A program made the translations under genes and the position numbers. This document shows positions 28,712-37,484 of a stretch of DNA of 53,263 nt, in pieces (position 1 is the stretch's first letter; every line of letters begins with the position of its first letter). The DNA is from a virus. Its lineage: Duplodnaviria; Caudoviricetes. The stretch spans positions 1 through 53,263 of the IMG/VR virus record IMGVR_UViG_3300025736_000033. One strand, written 5' to 3'. Below the pieces are notes generated by a model. That model saw only the letters and a list, made by a program, of their open reading frames with translations. It made no database searches and had not been told where the DNA came from.

Positions 28712-30445
28712 TTATATTACTCTTCCATTGCGAATATATCCCGTATATTCGTTCCCGGACTCCGCTCCTGCTCCAAGTGCGAGTTGGCTTCCCGAAGCCT
28801 CACCATCGTACCGTGGGTTCTGTAACATCAAATATTTCATGGCTGTCATCAAATGATCGTTGCCGTCTTCTGGTTCATCACGGCCTGGCTTCTTGCAGTA
28901 TGATTCAATCTCTGTCCGGAACCGGTACAACGTATTGAATATATACAGCCGTGGGGCTCCTGTGATGGGATTGCCATTCACATCCATGATCGTGCCTGCC
29001 TTGATCTTCTTCATGCGCTCGAGGATATGCGGCCTATCAGGTATGGGCTCAAACCATTCCTTCACGATAGGGACAGCATTACGGTTGTGCATCCCGCTGC
29101 CTGGGATAGCCATAAGCCCATACGCAGCAAACATCTGACCTTGGGTTATGACAGTCTGTGGACCTGGAGAGTTGAACGTACGTGGATCCATTACGGTGAA
29201 AGCATATTGCTCTGCCTGCTGTATTTCCTCGAATATCTTACGGATATTGCCGTATTCGTCACGGTCTTCGTCTATCTCTGCACGCTTGTTGCCGCACGCT
29301 TCTATCAGTGCCACGGCATTATCTTCCATCCCACCACCTGCATTGTAGTATTCCCGATAGAACACAATATCACCCCAAGGCGCCACAGCAGCGCATATAC
29401 ACCCAAACACATCCTTACGTCCCGGATCAACACCACGGAACCTTGTCCAGCCCGTCGGTATCTCAAATGGGTCTATCCATTGCAGAGATCTATCCCAGTT
29501 ATCGTATACAAGCCCCTCAGAGGACTCAGGGAGCCCGTAATACCTTGACCTACCCTCACGTATCTTCTTCTGGTTTCCGACCTCTTGTGGCTTCAGTATG
29601 TACTTCTCATAGAGTTTCTGGCGCTTAGTCTCAGAGATCAATGCTACAGGTACGTCGTCAAGTGAGATATGGTACTTCTCCCACGTTATACCCTTATCCA
29701 GTAGCCCGCCTGTCATACGTGTGACCCAGCAGTGTGCCCCAGTGTCTGGCCGGCCTTGAACGTAATGTGGTGTCATTGCGGTAGCGCACTGAAAATCGTC
29801 AATCGTTGTGCCACGAGCGTAGGCGCCGTCGAATTGGTCTTCCGGTACCTGCTCATCGAATGCCCACACATCGTAGGGATTGGACTCAAACGCCTGTTGA
29901 TCCTGCTTATAGGCAAAGAAGTCGAGCCTAGAACCGCAAGCGAGTGGCAAATCCGGTGCGCTATTCCATGAAGGATGCTTGCGCTTCATGCGCTTGTCTT
30001 TGGGGTGCCAATGCGCTGAGTACTCTCTGAGCTCGTCCATCGGCCATACTTCGGAGATGACAGGCCAAATCATGCGCTGTACCTGCTGGGTCATAATGTA
30101 ACTGGCGATTGCGCCTTTGCGTGGTCCGGTCCAGTCCTTCGGCTTTAAGCCATGCTCCCGGCAACTGTGCCAGTAATCGTGAATCGGCATCATACGCCTT
30201 GCAAGCCAGCATATAAGGGCCATGCTCTTGCCGTACTGATTACCGGCATAGATGATTCCCATATCAACTTTATCGTTGTTGATGAAATCCATCTGGGGAC
30301 CGTGACCCAGCAGGAACCCCAGCCGGTTCTCTTCATACTGCCGAAGGATCTCGCGCAAGGGCTCAGACTCTTCAGGCGGCATAGCCAGCAAGTCCTTATC
30401 GCTAAAGACATGCCACTGGTTATTAAATGGAAGTTTGTAGATCAT
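28712..30445 (-). CDS. terL: Terminase large subunit
   Basis: 577 aa; Walker A AGNQYGKS, Walker B WAFDE, nuclease RGVDPG and NDH motifs; upstream of portal. Confidence 0.9.
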   Translation of the reverse strand: MIYKLPFNNQWHVFSDKDLLAMPPEESEPLREILRQYEENRLGFLLGHGPQMDFINNDKVDMGIIYAGNQYGKSMALICWLARRMMPIHDYWHSCREHGLKPKDWTGPRKGAIASYIMTQQVQRMIWPVISEVWPMDELREYSAHWHPKDKRMKRKHPSWNSAPDLPLACGSRLDFFAYKQDQQAFESNPYDVWAFDEQVPEDQFDGAYARGTTIDDFQCATAMTPHYVQGRPDTGAHCWVTRMTGGLLDKGITWEKYHISLDDVPVALISETKRQKLYEKYILKPQEVGNQKKIREGRSRYYGLPESSEGLVYDNWDRSLQWIDPFEIPTGWTRFRGVDPGRKDVFGCICAAVAPWGDIVFYREYYNAGGGMEDNAVALIEACGNKRAEIDEDRDEYGNIRKIFEEIQQAEQYAFTVMDPRTFNSPGPQTVITQGQMFAAYGLMAIPGSGMHNRNAVPIVKEWFEPIPDRPHILERMKKIKAGTIMDVNGNPITGAPRLYIFNTLYRFRTEIESYCKKPGRDEPEDGNDHLMTAMKYLMLQNPRYDGEASGSQLALGAGAESGNEYTGYIRNGRVI

Positions 30446-30615
30446 TTACGCCAGCCGCAGGTACTGCATCGATTGTCCTCTATCTCGCTAGTGCAGACCG
30501 GGCATAGTAGTGCCGCCTTTCCCTCTTTCTTTTTGCTGGTTTTCCAGGTGATAAAATCGTGGTTATCGTCGAACCGTGATTTATTCACTCGCTGGTCCGT
30601 ATTCTTGATCGTCAT
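30442..30615 (-). CDS. Small zinc-ribbon protein (57 aa)
   Basis: Translated manually: MTIKNTDQR...CPVC...CSTCGWRK; GAGG RBS; ATGA overlap with terL. Confidence 0.55.
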   Translation of the reverse strand: MTIKNTDQRVNKSRFDDNHDFITWKTSKKKEGKAALLCPVCTSEIEDNRCSTCGWRK

Positions 30616-30655
30616 TTCCTCTTGTCTCCTGTTCTCGTTCTGTTACTATATCCCT

Positions 30656-31042
30656 ATGCCTAAACACGATGATTACGATGTAGCTATGAGAGCCCTTCGG
30701 AGGAAGAACATCCACGAATCCAAGGTCTTATTCAGGCCCATAGAGCGTAGCAAAGACAATACACTCATATTCAGAGTGCGTAGATTTGCTGGCCCAATGG
30801 CCCAGTGGCGTGAAGTCCCTATCTGGCAAGCCCAGCAGAACAAGGATGCTCTGATAGGGTTTATCTTCCCTGACGGTACGCTCCGCTCTGACGCTGAAAT
30901 ACTATGCTCTGAATTCGGTGGCATCAATCTTCCTATCTACGTAGCCTTCTGGAAGCCTCATGTTCCTCTCAACGAACGCAACTTTGTTGCTGATGGGAAA
31001 CAGACAAGGCTTCAGGAACGTCCTACTATCCTTGTGCGGTAA
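30656..31042 (+). CDS. Lone opposite-strand hypothetical protein (128 aa), probably leaderless
   Basis: MPKHDDYDVA...; TTGTCT-16-TGnTACTAT ending 6 nt before ATG, no RBS; fills a gap with no good minus-strand gene. Confidence 0.55.
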   Translation: MPKHDDYDVAMRALRRKNIHESKVLFRPIERSKDNTLIFRVRRFAGPMAQWREVPIWQAQQNKDALIGFIFPDGTLRSDAEILCSEFGGINLPIYVAFWKPHVPLNERNFVADGKQTRLQERPTILVR

Positions 31043-31274
31043 CTTTCTTCTTCGCTGGTTTCTTGCTTGCTACCTTCTTCGGCTTATTCGAATCTTCCAT
31101 GTACCCGCCATTGATTGCCATCGCTGTTGCCCAATCCATAGCCCCCTGCTCTGTATCAAAAGCAGAAGATGCATACTGAATCTTCTCCCCTATGAATAGA
31201 GTCGCTTTATACTTCTCTTTGCCTTCTGGCCCGGTAGCCTCTATCTTCACTTTCGCGTCACCCAGCGTCTTCAT
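31026..31274 (-). CDS. Hypothetical nucleic-acid-binding protein (dsRBD/AP2-like beta-beta-beta-alpha)
   Basis: 82 aa; EATGP..KYKATLFIG...AFDTEQGAMDWA, Lys-rich tail. Confidence 0.45.
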   Translation of the reverse strand: MKTLGDAKVKIEATGPEGKEKYKATLFIGEKIQYASSAFDTEQGAMDWATAMAINGGYMEDSNKPKKVASKKPAKKKVTAQG

Positions 31275-31500
31275 TTCTTCTCCCCAACTGATGTTTGATT
31301 ACGTGTGGTACGCCTTCCGTCCACACTACACCCTGATCATAAAGTTTCAGCTTCTTATCAGGGTGTTTCTCATGCCGCCTGTCGAGCACTGCGTTAAGCA
31401 ATGCCATACTCGTAGTCGTTACACAAATACCGCCCGAGTCAGACTCTTCGAGCCTGAACGGGACCGGTCTTGTTTCAGTCTTTTTCTTTGCTATTGTCAC
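31258..31500 (-). CDS. Hypothetical protein
   Basis: 80 aa, overlapping neighbours in operon. Confidence 0.5.
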   Translation of the reverse strand: MTIAKKKTETRPVPFRLEESDSGGICVTTTSMALLNAVLDRRHEKHPDKKLKLYDQGVVWTEGVPHVIKHQLGRRNEDAG

Positions 31501-31841
31501 CCAACTCTTTTCCAGTTACCAGGCACTACAGAATCATGTTCCGGTAGCTCTACTAACCGGTAACATAATAGTTCGTCTTTGCCCTCAAGTACAGCCTTAA
31601 CAACACGATGGCACCCGTCATATATCTTGTTATCGGGTCCGAGTATGATCGGTATTCGTGTCACGCATTTCATTATGCGCTGGCAGTGATGAATCATATC
31701 CGTCAGCCTGGCACCGGGAAATCGCTTCATGTTCATGTCGAGATCGTCCAACTTGACTGTCTCTATTTCAAGCCCCTTGCACGCTTCCTGCAGCGTTCTG
31801 TCTGTCCAGCGCCTACCTGTTGCAACATCTATATATGCCAT
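31497..31841 (-). CDS. ParB/Srx-like domain protein
   Basis: PIIL...IYDGCHRVVKA motif. Confidence 0.7.
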   Translation of the reverse strand: MAYIDVATGRRWTDRTLQEACKGLEIETVKLDDLDMNMKRFPGARLTDMIHHCQRIMKCVTRIPIILGPDNKIYDGCHRVVKAVLEGKDELLCYRLVELPEHDSVVPGNWKRVG

Positions 31842-31842
31842 A

Positions 31843-32013
31843 TTAGTTTCCTTTCGTCCTTCTTGCTTTCCTTCGTACGTTGCACCGTACTTCTTCCTGA
31901 ATCTCAGGACAATATATAAGCTCTATGCAGTTTTGAGCCTCTTTGTGATCCTGCTTGAAATGATAACATTCCTTCCAGGTACACTTTGCCTTACCCGAAC
32001 AGTTCATCTTCAT
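31843..32013 (-). CDS. Small Cys-rich protein (56 aa)
   Basis: Translated manually: MKMNCSGKAKCTWKECYH...; ATGA overlap upstream. Confidence 0.45.
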   Translation of the reverse strand: MKMNCSGKAKCTWKECYHFKQDHKEAQNCIELIYCPEIQEEVRCNVRRKARRTKGN

Positions 32014-32120
32014 CTCTTAGCTTTCTTACGTGACTGCCTAACCGTCCCCTTGTTGCCCTTGCCGCCGCCTGATCCGTCTTTCCTCGGTGTCCCGCCACAA
32101 CTACCTTTTCGCTTTGCCAT
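32010..32120 (-). CDS. Small Gly/Lys-rich peptide (36 aa)
   Basis: MAKRKGSCGGTPRKDGSGGGKGNKGT...; AAGG RBS. Confidence 0.5.
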   Translation of the reverse strand: MAKRKGSCGGTPRKDGSGGGKGNKGTVRQSRKKAKR

Positions 32121-32146
32121 TTGCTCGTTCCTTTCTGTTGCGTTAC

Positions 32147-32377
32147 TCATTGGTTGCCTTTCTGCGCTTTATAGACATTAACAACCTGCACCATAGACTC
32201 GTCTGGGATTACCTGTTTGATCCAAGTGTTGCGGATAGCCGATCTAGCCTTCTTCTCACTGGCGTACACCATCAGCCTTGGTGTTGTACTAGACCCGCCG
32301 CGAGTGTACATAACTTCGCCATCCTCGTTGACTACTGCCCATAGTTGCGTCTCGGTTTTATCTCGGTTGTAGCTCAC
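32147..32377 (-). CDS. Hypothetical protein
   Basis: 76 aa, GGGGGAG RBS. Confidence 0.6.
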   Translation of the reverse strand: MSYNRDKTETQLWAVVNEDGEVMYTRGGSSTTPRLMVYASEKKARSAIRNTWIKQVIPDESMVQVVNVYKAQKGNQ

Positions 32378-32429
32378 TTCTCCCCCCTCTCCAAGTCAAT
32401 AGCCCTGTCTTGCTCGGTGGTGCGGTCGG

Positions 32430-32651
32430 TCATCCTTGCGCCCATGCCTTCTGCCTAGTGGTCTTGCCGTTTTTCCTTGCATTGCGCTTGATCTTCTTTA
32501 GCTCGGCCTGTGATTGCGCCAACGTAATCTCACCCGAACGCACTCTCTCTATCAATGCCATCCGCACGTCAATGCTATCAGCAACACCCCCAGCATCTTC
32601 CGCGTTGTTCACTGCTACCCGTTTTCTATTTCGGTCCCAGAAGTCCATCAC
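32430..32651 (-). CDS. Hypothetical protein
   Basis: 73 aa, overlaps upstream stop. Confidence 0.6.
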   Translation of the reverse strand: MMDFWDRNRKRVAVNNAEDAGGVADSIDVRMALIERVRSGEITLAQSQAELKKIKRNARKNGKTTRQKAWAQG

Positions 32652-33250
32652 AGCTCACCATCTTTCTCTAGTTGTATAGCGCGGTCCATCAAGGCCCGCC
32701 ATGTCTTGTCGTCAAATGACTTACCGTAAGGTATGTAACACCTCCATAACTCGGCGAATGTGTCCAAATCGGCATACGCTCCCATTATCCCCAGCCTTGC
32801 TACCATCGCTATCCGCTCCCCATCCGTATTCGCAGGGATTGCTTGCGGGTGGGCTTCTCTCCAATCATCGCACACATGGATATTCATGTTCTTGACCTGT
32901 GTGGTATGGAGCAGGCAATAGTGGTTATCCTCTTGACTGTCGCAAGTGTCACAGCTCTTGACTACTTCTGCCTTCCCCTCTCCCTCTGGCGGGTGGGCTT
33001 CGGGTTCTACTTCGGTATTAGGCAGTGTGTCCCTTGACGGAGACACATGGCCCCTCTCGCAGTGGTCATTCCCATTCAGCCTTCGCTCACGACTCTTTAC
33101 AGGATCACCACATATAGGGCATCGGCCATAGCTGGACGCCACCCCCTCTCCCTCAGGCTGGGCGGTGGGGTCCTGTGCTTTCATGCAAGCCAAGCAGAGG
33201 CCACCCCAAAGTGCCATAAACTTTCCCTTGCATTTAATACATATTACCAT
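32648..33250 (-). CDS. Mosaic multi-zinc-finger accessory protein
   Basis: Start MVICIKC at 33250; several CxxC modules separated by PEGEG/EAHP linkers. Confidence 0.6.
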   Translation of the reverse strand: MVICIKCKGKFMALWGGLCLACMKAQDPTAQPEGEGVASSYGRCPICGDPVKSRERRLNGNDHCERGHVSPSRDTLPNTEVEPEAHPPEGEGKAEVVKSCDTCDSQEDNHYCLLHTTQVKNMNIHVCDDWREAHPQAIPANTDGERIAMVARLGIMGAYADLDTFAELWRCYIPYGKSFDDKTWRALMDRAIQLEKDGEL

Positions 33251-33465
33251 CCTCTGCCGCCTTTCTCTTCTGCTGTCGGGGTGGGGGTTTGTGCCGCTAT
33301 CCACTCACTAGCACACTGCATGGAGCAGAGGTCAAACTCTGACTCACACCCAACACTCGCTATAATCTTGACCCATCCCACCATCCCATAGCCGCCATAC
33401 CGCGATGGCTTGGTTTGGAATTTTTCTCCACAGTTATCACAGACTCTATATGCCACTTCACTCAT
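33244..33465 (-). CDS. Small zinc-finger protein
   Basis: Start MSEVAYRVCDNCG...DLCSMQC; ends in TPTPTAEEKGGRG linker. Confidence 0.6.
   Translation of the reverse strand: MSEVAYRVCDNCGEKFQTKPSRYGGYGMVGWVKIIASVGCESEFDLCSMQCASEWIAAQTPTPTAEEKGGRGW
33248..33287. repeat. 40-bp gene-junction repeat (second copy 34014-34053)
   Basis: 1 mismatch; spans C-terminus of one gene, RBS and start codon of the next. Confidence 0.9.
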
Positions 33466-34016
33466 ACCCTGCCCTCCCCTGCGGTGGCGGTGGGCAAAGG
33501 CATCCAGTGAGTGACCTTGCTTCTTTGCGTGCTTCCAAACTCCAATGCCCACATCTGCGTGGTCATGTTTGACGGGATGGAATATCGCGACACGTTTATG
33601 CCCCCGCGCCCCCATTTCTCGCTGTAATACTTCACCACTTTCAGATTAGCATCTTCTGGCAACCCATCCTCAACGCTGATCCACTCCCCCGCCGCCTGCT
33701 GTGGGGCGCGGGTGGCAAGCTCTTGCTCAAGTTCAGCTATTCTCTGAGCGGGTGTTTTGCCGTATCCACGCCTGACAGTAACCTCAAATGTTTCACCCTC
33801 GCTCCTCATGTCTAACGTGATGAAATTTGGAGCGGAATAATGCGTCAACACCTTGCCAAGCTCGTAAGCCATCTTAGCAAATATAGGATGTTCAGTAATG
33901 ATCTCGCACCCGTTCTTATCCATGTGGACGCTGTGAATAGTCGCATCCTCCTTCAACTCACCCGCCCCCTTGCAGAGATTGTCGCCGCTTACACTCGTTG
34001 TCTTGCTATCACTCAT
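33462..34016 (-). CDS. Mosaic protein with DUF551-like domain
   Basis: Start MSDSK at 34016; WISVEDGLP...VTHWMPLP. Confidence 0.7.
   Translation of the reverse strand: MSDSKTTSVSGDNLCKGAGELKEDATIHSVHMDKNGCEIITEHPIFAKMAYELGKVLTHYSAPNFITLDMRSEGETFEVTVRRGYGKTPAQRIAELEQELATRAPQQAAGEWISVEDGLPEDANLKVVKYYSEKWGRGGINVSRYSIPSNMTTQMWALEFGSTQRSKVTHWMPLPTATAGEGRV
33668..33719. repeat. ATRAPQQAAGE linker repeat (copies 35309-35352, 35473-35504)
   Basis: 33668-33711 vs 35309-35352: 2 mismatches/44; 33688-33719 vs 35473-35504 identical. Confidence 0.9.
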
Positions 34017-34768
34017 CCTCTGCCGCCTTTCTCTGCTGCTGTCGGGGTGGGGGCTGTCATTGCTTCGCACATTGCCCCGCATTCGGGCAAAATGATTTTG
34101 CAGTCTCGCCCCGCTTCTGCGTCTAGCTCATCAAGAAACACGCCATTGATACACGAATGGCCTATGTCGCGCTCCATCAGTGATCGTGATTTGAACACAT
34201 CAGGGAAATCAATGCGTATCTTATTCCAATACCCCATGCCGCCCTTGACACATCCCACGCAGTTATTATTGGGGTAGCCCTTGTCATACATTACGGGCCT
34301 CGCTATGCCAGCCTGCTCAAGAATGCCGTGAGCATCGGCCTTTGAAAGCCCTGCCTCTATCAGCGGAAACTCATGCCTTTCTTCTGGCATTGAAGCCTCA
34401 AGGCGTTCTGCCCTTTTGCGTTCCCCGTCATCAAATCCCCAGACATAGCGGAAGGTGTTGAAGAATCGCGTTTGCCCCTCCCACTCTTGGCGCACCCTGC
34501 GCTTGAGCAGCCTAGAGCAAGCTGCGCCATGCGGACTACTCACAAAGGCCATGCCCCGGCACGCATTTTCAACAGACTTATATGGTGACTCCGTAACCTG
34601 AATCACCTTGCCAAACCATTCCTCACATTCCCTGACAAAGCGCATTGTATCGGGGTGTTGATCTTCAATGTGCTGATATATGATCGTGTCTATCTGGCTA
34701 ATCATTAGCTTTGTCGCTACCGCTGACGAAACGCCCGCGCTGAACCACGCTACAGTTTGCTCTTTCAT
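34013..34768 (-). CDS. PAPS reductase-family (PP-loop, Fe-S) protein
   Basis: 251 aa; FSAGVSSA PP-loop, HPDTMRF, CSRLLK, GYPNNNCVGCVKGG. Confidence 0.8.
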   Translation of the reverse strand: MKEQTVAWFSAGVSSAVATKLMISQIDTIIYQHIEDQHPDTMRFVRECEEWFGKVIQVTESPYKSVENACRGMAFVSSPHGAACSRLLKRRVRQEWEGQTRFFNTFRYVWGFDDGERKRAERLEASMPEERHEFPLIEAGLSKADAHGILEQAGIARPVMYDKGYPNNNCVGCVKGGMGYWNKIRIDFPDVFKSRSLMERDIGHSCINGVFLDELDAEAGRDCKIILPECGAMCEAMTAPTPTAAEKGGRG

Positions 34769-34959
34769 CCCCTGCCCTCCCCTGCGGCCTTCTGCGGCAA
34801 CTCTATACAGTGTCCAACAGCATCAGCCCCCGGCGTTGGAAACGTGGCACCAGTACACCATTTCCAGCCCCGAATGACTCTTGTCCAAAAGCCACCATTT
34901 ATGGCATGGGCCTTTGTGCCAAGCGGATAGCAACACCACGGCTTGTCTCTCTCTTTCAT
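34765..34959 (-). CDS. Hypothetical protein
   Basis: 64 aa, ends in AAGEGRG linker, overlaps neighbours. Confidence 0.6.
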   Translation of the reverse strand: MKERDKPWCCYPLGTKAHAINGGFWTRVIRGWKWCTGATFPTPGADAVGHCIELPQKAAGEGRG

Positions 34960-35663
34960 GACTTATCCTCCCCTGCGGTGCTTACTTCGTTTCCGCAGTC
35001 ATTGCAGACATACGCCATGCCCTCTGTGCCGTCTGATCGATGGCTAATAGTCCTATCGAACCAGTTGCCGCTACTGGCAGCGCATTTGCAGATTTGATCG
35101 TCACCCGCCTCCCCTGCGTTAGCGGTGGGCTTAGGTAGTGGCATCCAGTGGCTGACAGGATCGCCATTGAACTCATACCCTCGTGGGTCTACCGTGTTCC
35201 AGTTCGTTGGGTGTTGTTTGGTGATGTACACCTTACCAACCGCGTCACATACGAGCCACCCAAGCTCTATAGGCTTACGGGCTATCTTGGCTTCAGGTGG
35301 TAACTCACCCTCAACGCTGACCCATTCCCCCGCCGCCTGCTGTGGGGCGCGGCCTACATATCCTGCATACTGATCCATCAGCTCGGATATTGCCAGTGGC
35401 GTCAGCGTCAGCGTGTTCATGTTGCCACCAAGAGCTACCCTAAGATACTCCGCGCCTGACATCTCCAACTCACCCGCCGCCTGCTGTGGGGCGCGGGTGG
35501 CAAGAGCTACGTTAATAATCTCCTGCATCTCGCTTTCGAGCGGCGTGATGCCGTGCTCTTGATACAGCAGATCAAATAGAGGCTGGTATCGCGCAACCTG
35601 TTTCGCTACCGCTGTCTCCGTGCGGAGATTGCCGCCCGATTCGATTTTAGTTTCGTTGGTCAT
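34956..35663 (-). CDS. Mosaic protein with DUF551-like domain and zinc ribbon
   Basis: 235 aa; two RAPQQAAGE linkers, WVSVEGELP...HWMPLP, CxC...CNDC. Confidence 0.7.
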   Translation of the reverse strand: MTNETKIESGGNLRTETAVAKQVARYQPLFDLLYQEHGITPLESEMQEIINVALATRAPQQAAGELEMSGAEYLRVALGGNMNTLTLTPLAISELMDQYAGYVGRAPQQAAGEWVSVEGELPPEAKIARKPIELGWLVCDAVGKVYITKQHPTNWNTVDPRGYEFNGDPVSHWMPLPKPTANAGEAGDDQICKCAASSGNWFDRTISHRSDGTEGMAYVCNDCGNEVSTAGEDKS

Positions 35664-35672
35664 ATCTATCTC

Positions 35673-35906
35673 CTAGTTATTTGCTTCTCTTAATTTACGT
35701 TTAGCCCGTATCTTCTGCAGCCACGGATCCACCCAATTTGGCAGAATAATATCTACAGTGCGTTCCGGAATGTAAGCTACAATTTCTCTCACAAGCCCGG
35801 TCCCGTCGGAGCCTCTTCTGAATCGAGAGACAGGGAAGAAGCCAGGGATTGTCTGTTGAGTCTTGAGCTTCTTGGACTTCTTTACTTTCTTGCGTTTAGT
35901 TTTCAT
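35673..35906 (-). CDS. Basic hypothetical protein
   Basis: 77 aa, AGGAGG RBS. Confidence 0.6.
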   Translation of the reverse strand: MKTKRKKVKKSKKLKTQQTIPGFFPVSRFRRGSDGTGLVREIVAYIPERTVDIILPNWVDPWLQKIRAKRKLREANN

Positions 35907-35940
35907 GTCATCCTCCTAGTCATTTTCCAGCGCAAAAGGG

Positions 35941-36066
35941 AAGCCCCCGGCTGATAAGGCGCACATAGGAACCTTGCCCGTAAAGGCACCGGGGGCTTGA
36001 GAGTGGGTTTGTATGTCGTGCTTCTATCATGGGAATCAGAATATCATTGTGGATTGGGGTTGTCAA
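35941..36066 (-). promoter_or_regulatory. Sigma70 promoter plus structured attenuator-like leader
   Basis: TTGACA (36061-36066)-17-TATTCT (36038-36043); stem aagcccccgg/ccgggggctt (35941-35950/35989-35998). Confidence 0.7.
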
Positions 36067-36308
36067 TCGCTATCTTCACCCGAACCAGCGCACTCCCCAT
36101 CTCCCTCGTAACCAGCCCTACTTCTAACTCGCCAGGGGAACAACGGACAAAGGGGCACACTGCACTCTGAAGGATTCTCCTCCCACCCCATACACTCAGT
36201 ACACATCAACGCCATAGCCAGCGACCTGCCCAGCTTCAGCGTCTTCGTCCCGCCATCCTTCGTCCGGATCGTGTGCTTGATAACGCCTGTCTTCTTTACC
36301 TTTTTCAT
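36063..36308 (-). CDS. Hypothetical Cys-motif protein
   Basis: 81 aa; CTECMG...CSVPLCPLFPWR. Confidence 0.65.
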   Translation of the reverse strand: MKKVKKTGVIKHTIRTKDGGTKTLKLGRSLAMALMCTECMGWEENPSECSVPLCPLFPWRVRSRAGYEGDGECAGSGEDSD

Positions 36309-36309
36309 C

Positions 36310-36453
36310 CTACTCCCCTCCCTTACTCAGCCAAAGCCGCCACCAAGCCCGGTGCAAGAACCGACGCCAGCCAAATTCGTACTCCCACATCAGCAGTCCA
36401 GCCCAGCGCCAGAACCCCGTGTAGCTGTCTTTTGGGCAATCATTCTTCGTCAT
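36310..36453 (-). CDS. Small Trp-rich protein (47 aa)
   Basis: Translated manually: MTKNDCPKDSYTGFWRW...; GAGG RBS. Confidence 0.4.
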   Translation of the reverse strand: MTKNDCPKDSYTGFWRWAGLLMWEYEFGWRRFLHRAWWRLWLSKGGE

Positions 36454-36600
36454 GTTTTCCTCATTTCCCATAAAGTAGCCTGACTACAGCCACTTACACA
36501 TATTCCTAATCACAGAGCGAAGTAGTCATGTTAAGACTGTACTTGCCCTTGCCATACGGTGAGCCACTAGCATATTTGCTCAGTGTTTTTGCGTTTTTGG

Positions 36601-36774
36601 TCAGCATCCTGCCCTCCCGTATCTGAATGTGAGATGATTGTAGCACTTCTGGCATAATGGCCGCACGTTAACGGGAATCAGCTTCTCCCCATTTGCAACA
36701 TTCTTGATATACGCATAAGTCTCCATATATGGTGTTTGATCGTCACATCTTACGCATTCTACCTTGTCACTCAT
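36601..36774 (-). CDS. Small zinc-ribbon protein (57 aa)
   Basis: Translated manually: MSDKVECVRC...LCQKC; AAGGAGG upstream. Confidence 0.55.
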   Translation of the reverse strand: MSDKVECVRCDDQTPYMETYAYIKNVANGEKLIPVNVRPLCQKCYNHLTFRYGRAGC

Positions 36775-37484
36775 CCCTATATCCTCCTTACAGCCTTAAT
36801 ACCATCCTAGAAAGCCCTATCGCGCTCAGCCCCAGCAATGACCTACATCCCACGGGTTAGCCCCGTACAGAACACAACCATTGCTCCTATCGTGTCTGCT
36901 GGGGAAGTGTGTGGCTTTCATCATGTTGTATATATTACAGCCCCGTAGCTGTAGGGTCAATAGCTATCTCAGCTTATTTAAGCCTATCCCGCAGATCTTA
37001 TCCCTATATACAGCAAACCTTATTAAACCTTAACGTTTTGCCTCTTTCCTTATCTTGGCTTACCCCCTATAGCCCGCTATATTTTTGGCCTTGCCGGTTC
37101 TGTGGGGTTGGGTAGCCCAAACAAAGCCCCAGTTGAGGCAAGTATAGAGCCGTATCGTGACCGGCCGCTGGGCTGTGCTGTGGGTGGTTGACCAAGCCAA
37201 GCCCCAGTAAGGTAGCTCTAACCCCCCAAGCCCAGAATGTTAGAGATGCATATATATAGCATGACGGGGGCGGGCAGGGGACGGGGCTCCCCCCTGGCTA
37301 TTGGCTGTGCAGGCTGCGCGTATGCTGCGCGCTCGTGCTTGCTTGGCTGTGCCTACGTCCGATAATACCTAGTATGTCTACTCGCATACACGTTGACTAT
37401 CAACGACTTAGGACATATACGCTGTTATTGAGGGGGGAGAATAGGGTATGAATATAGGCAATGTCTACATGTAGTGGTATCCTG

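Noticed and set aside
30152-30655. Upstream part of the 296-aa plus-strand ORF
   Set aside because: Antisense to terL and a zinc-ribbon gene; promoter-like signals point to the start at 30656.
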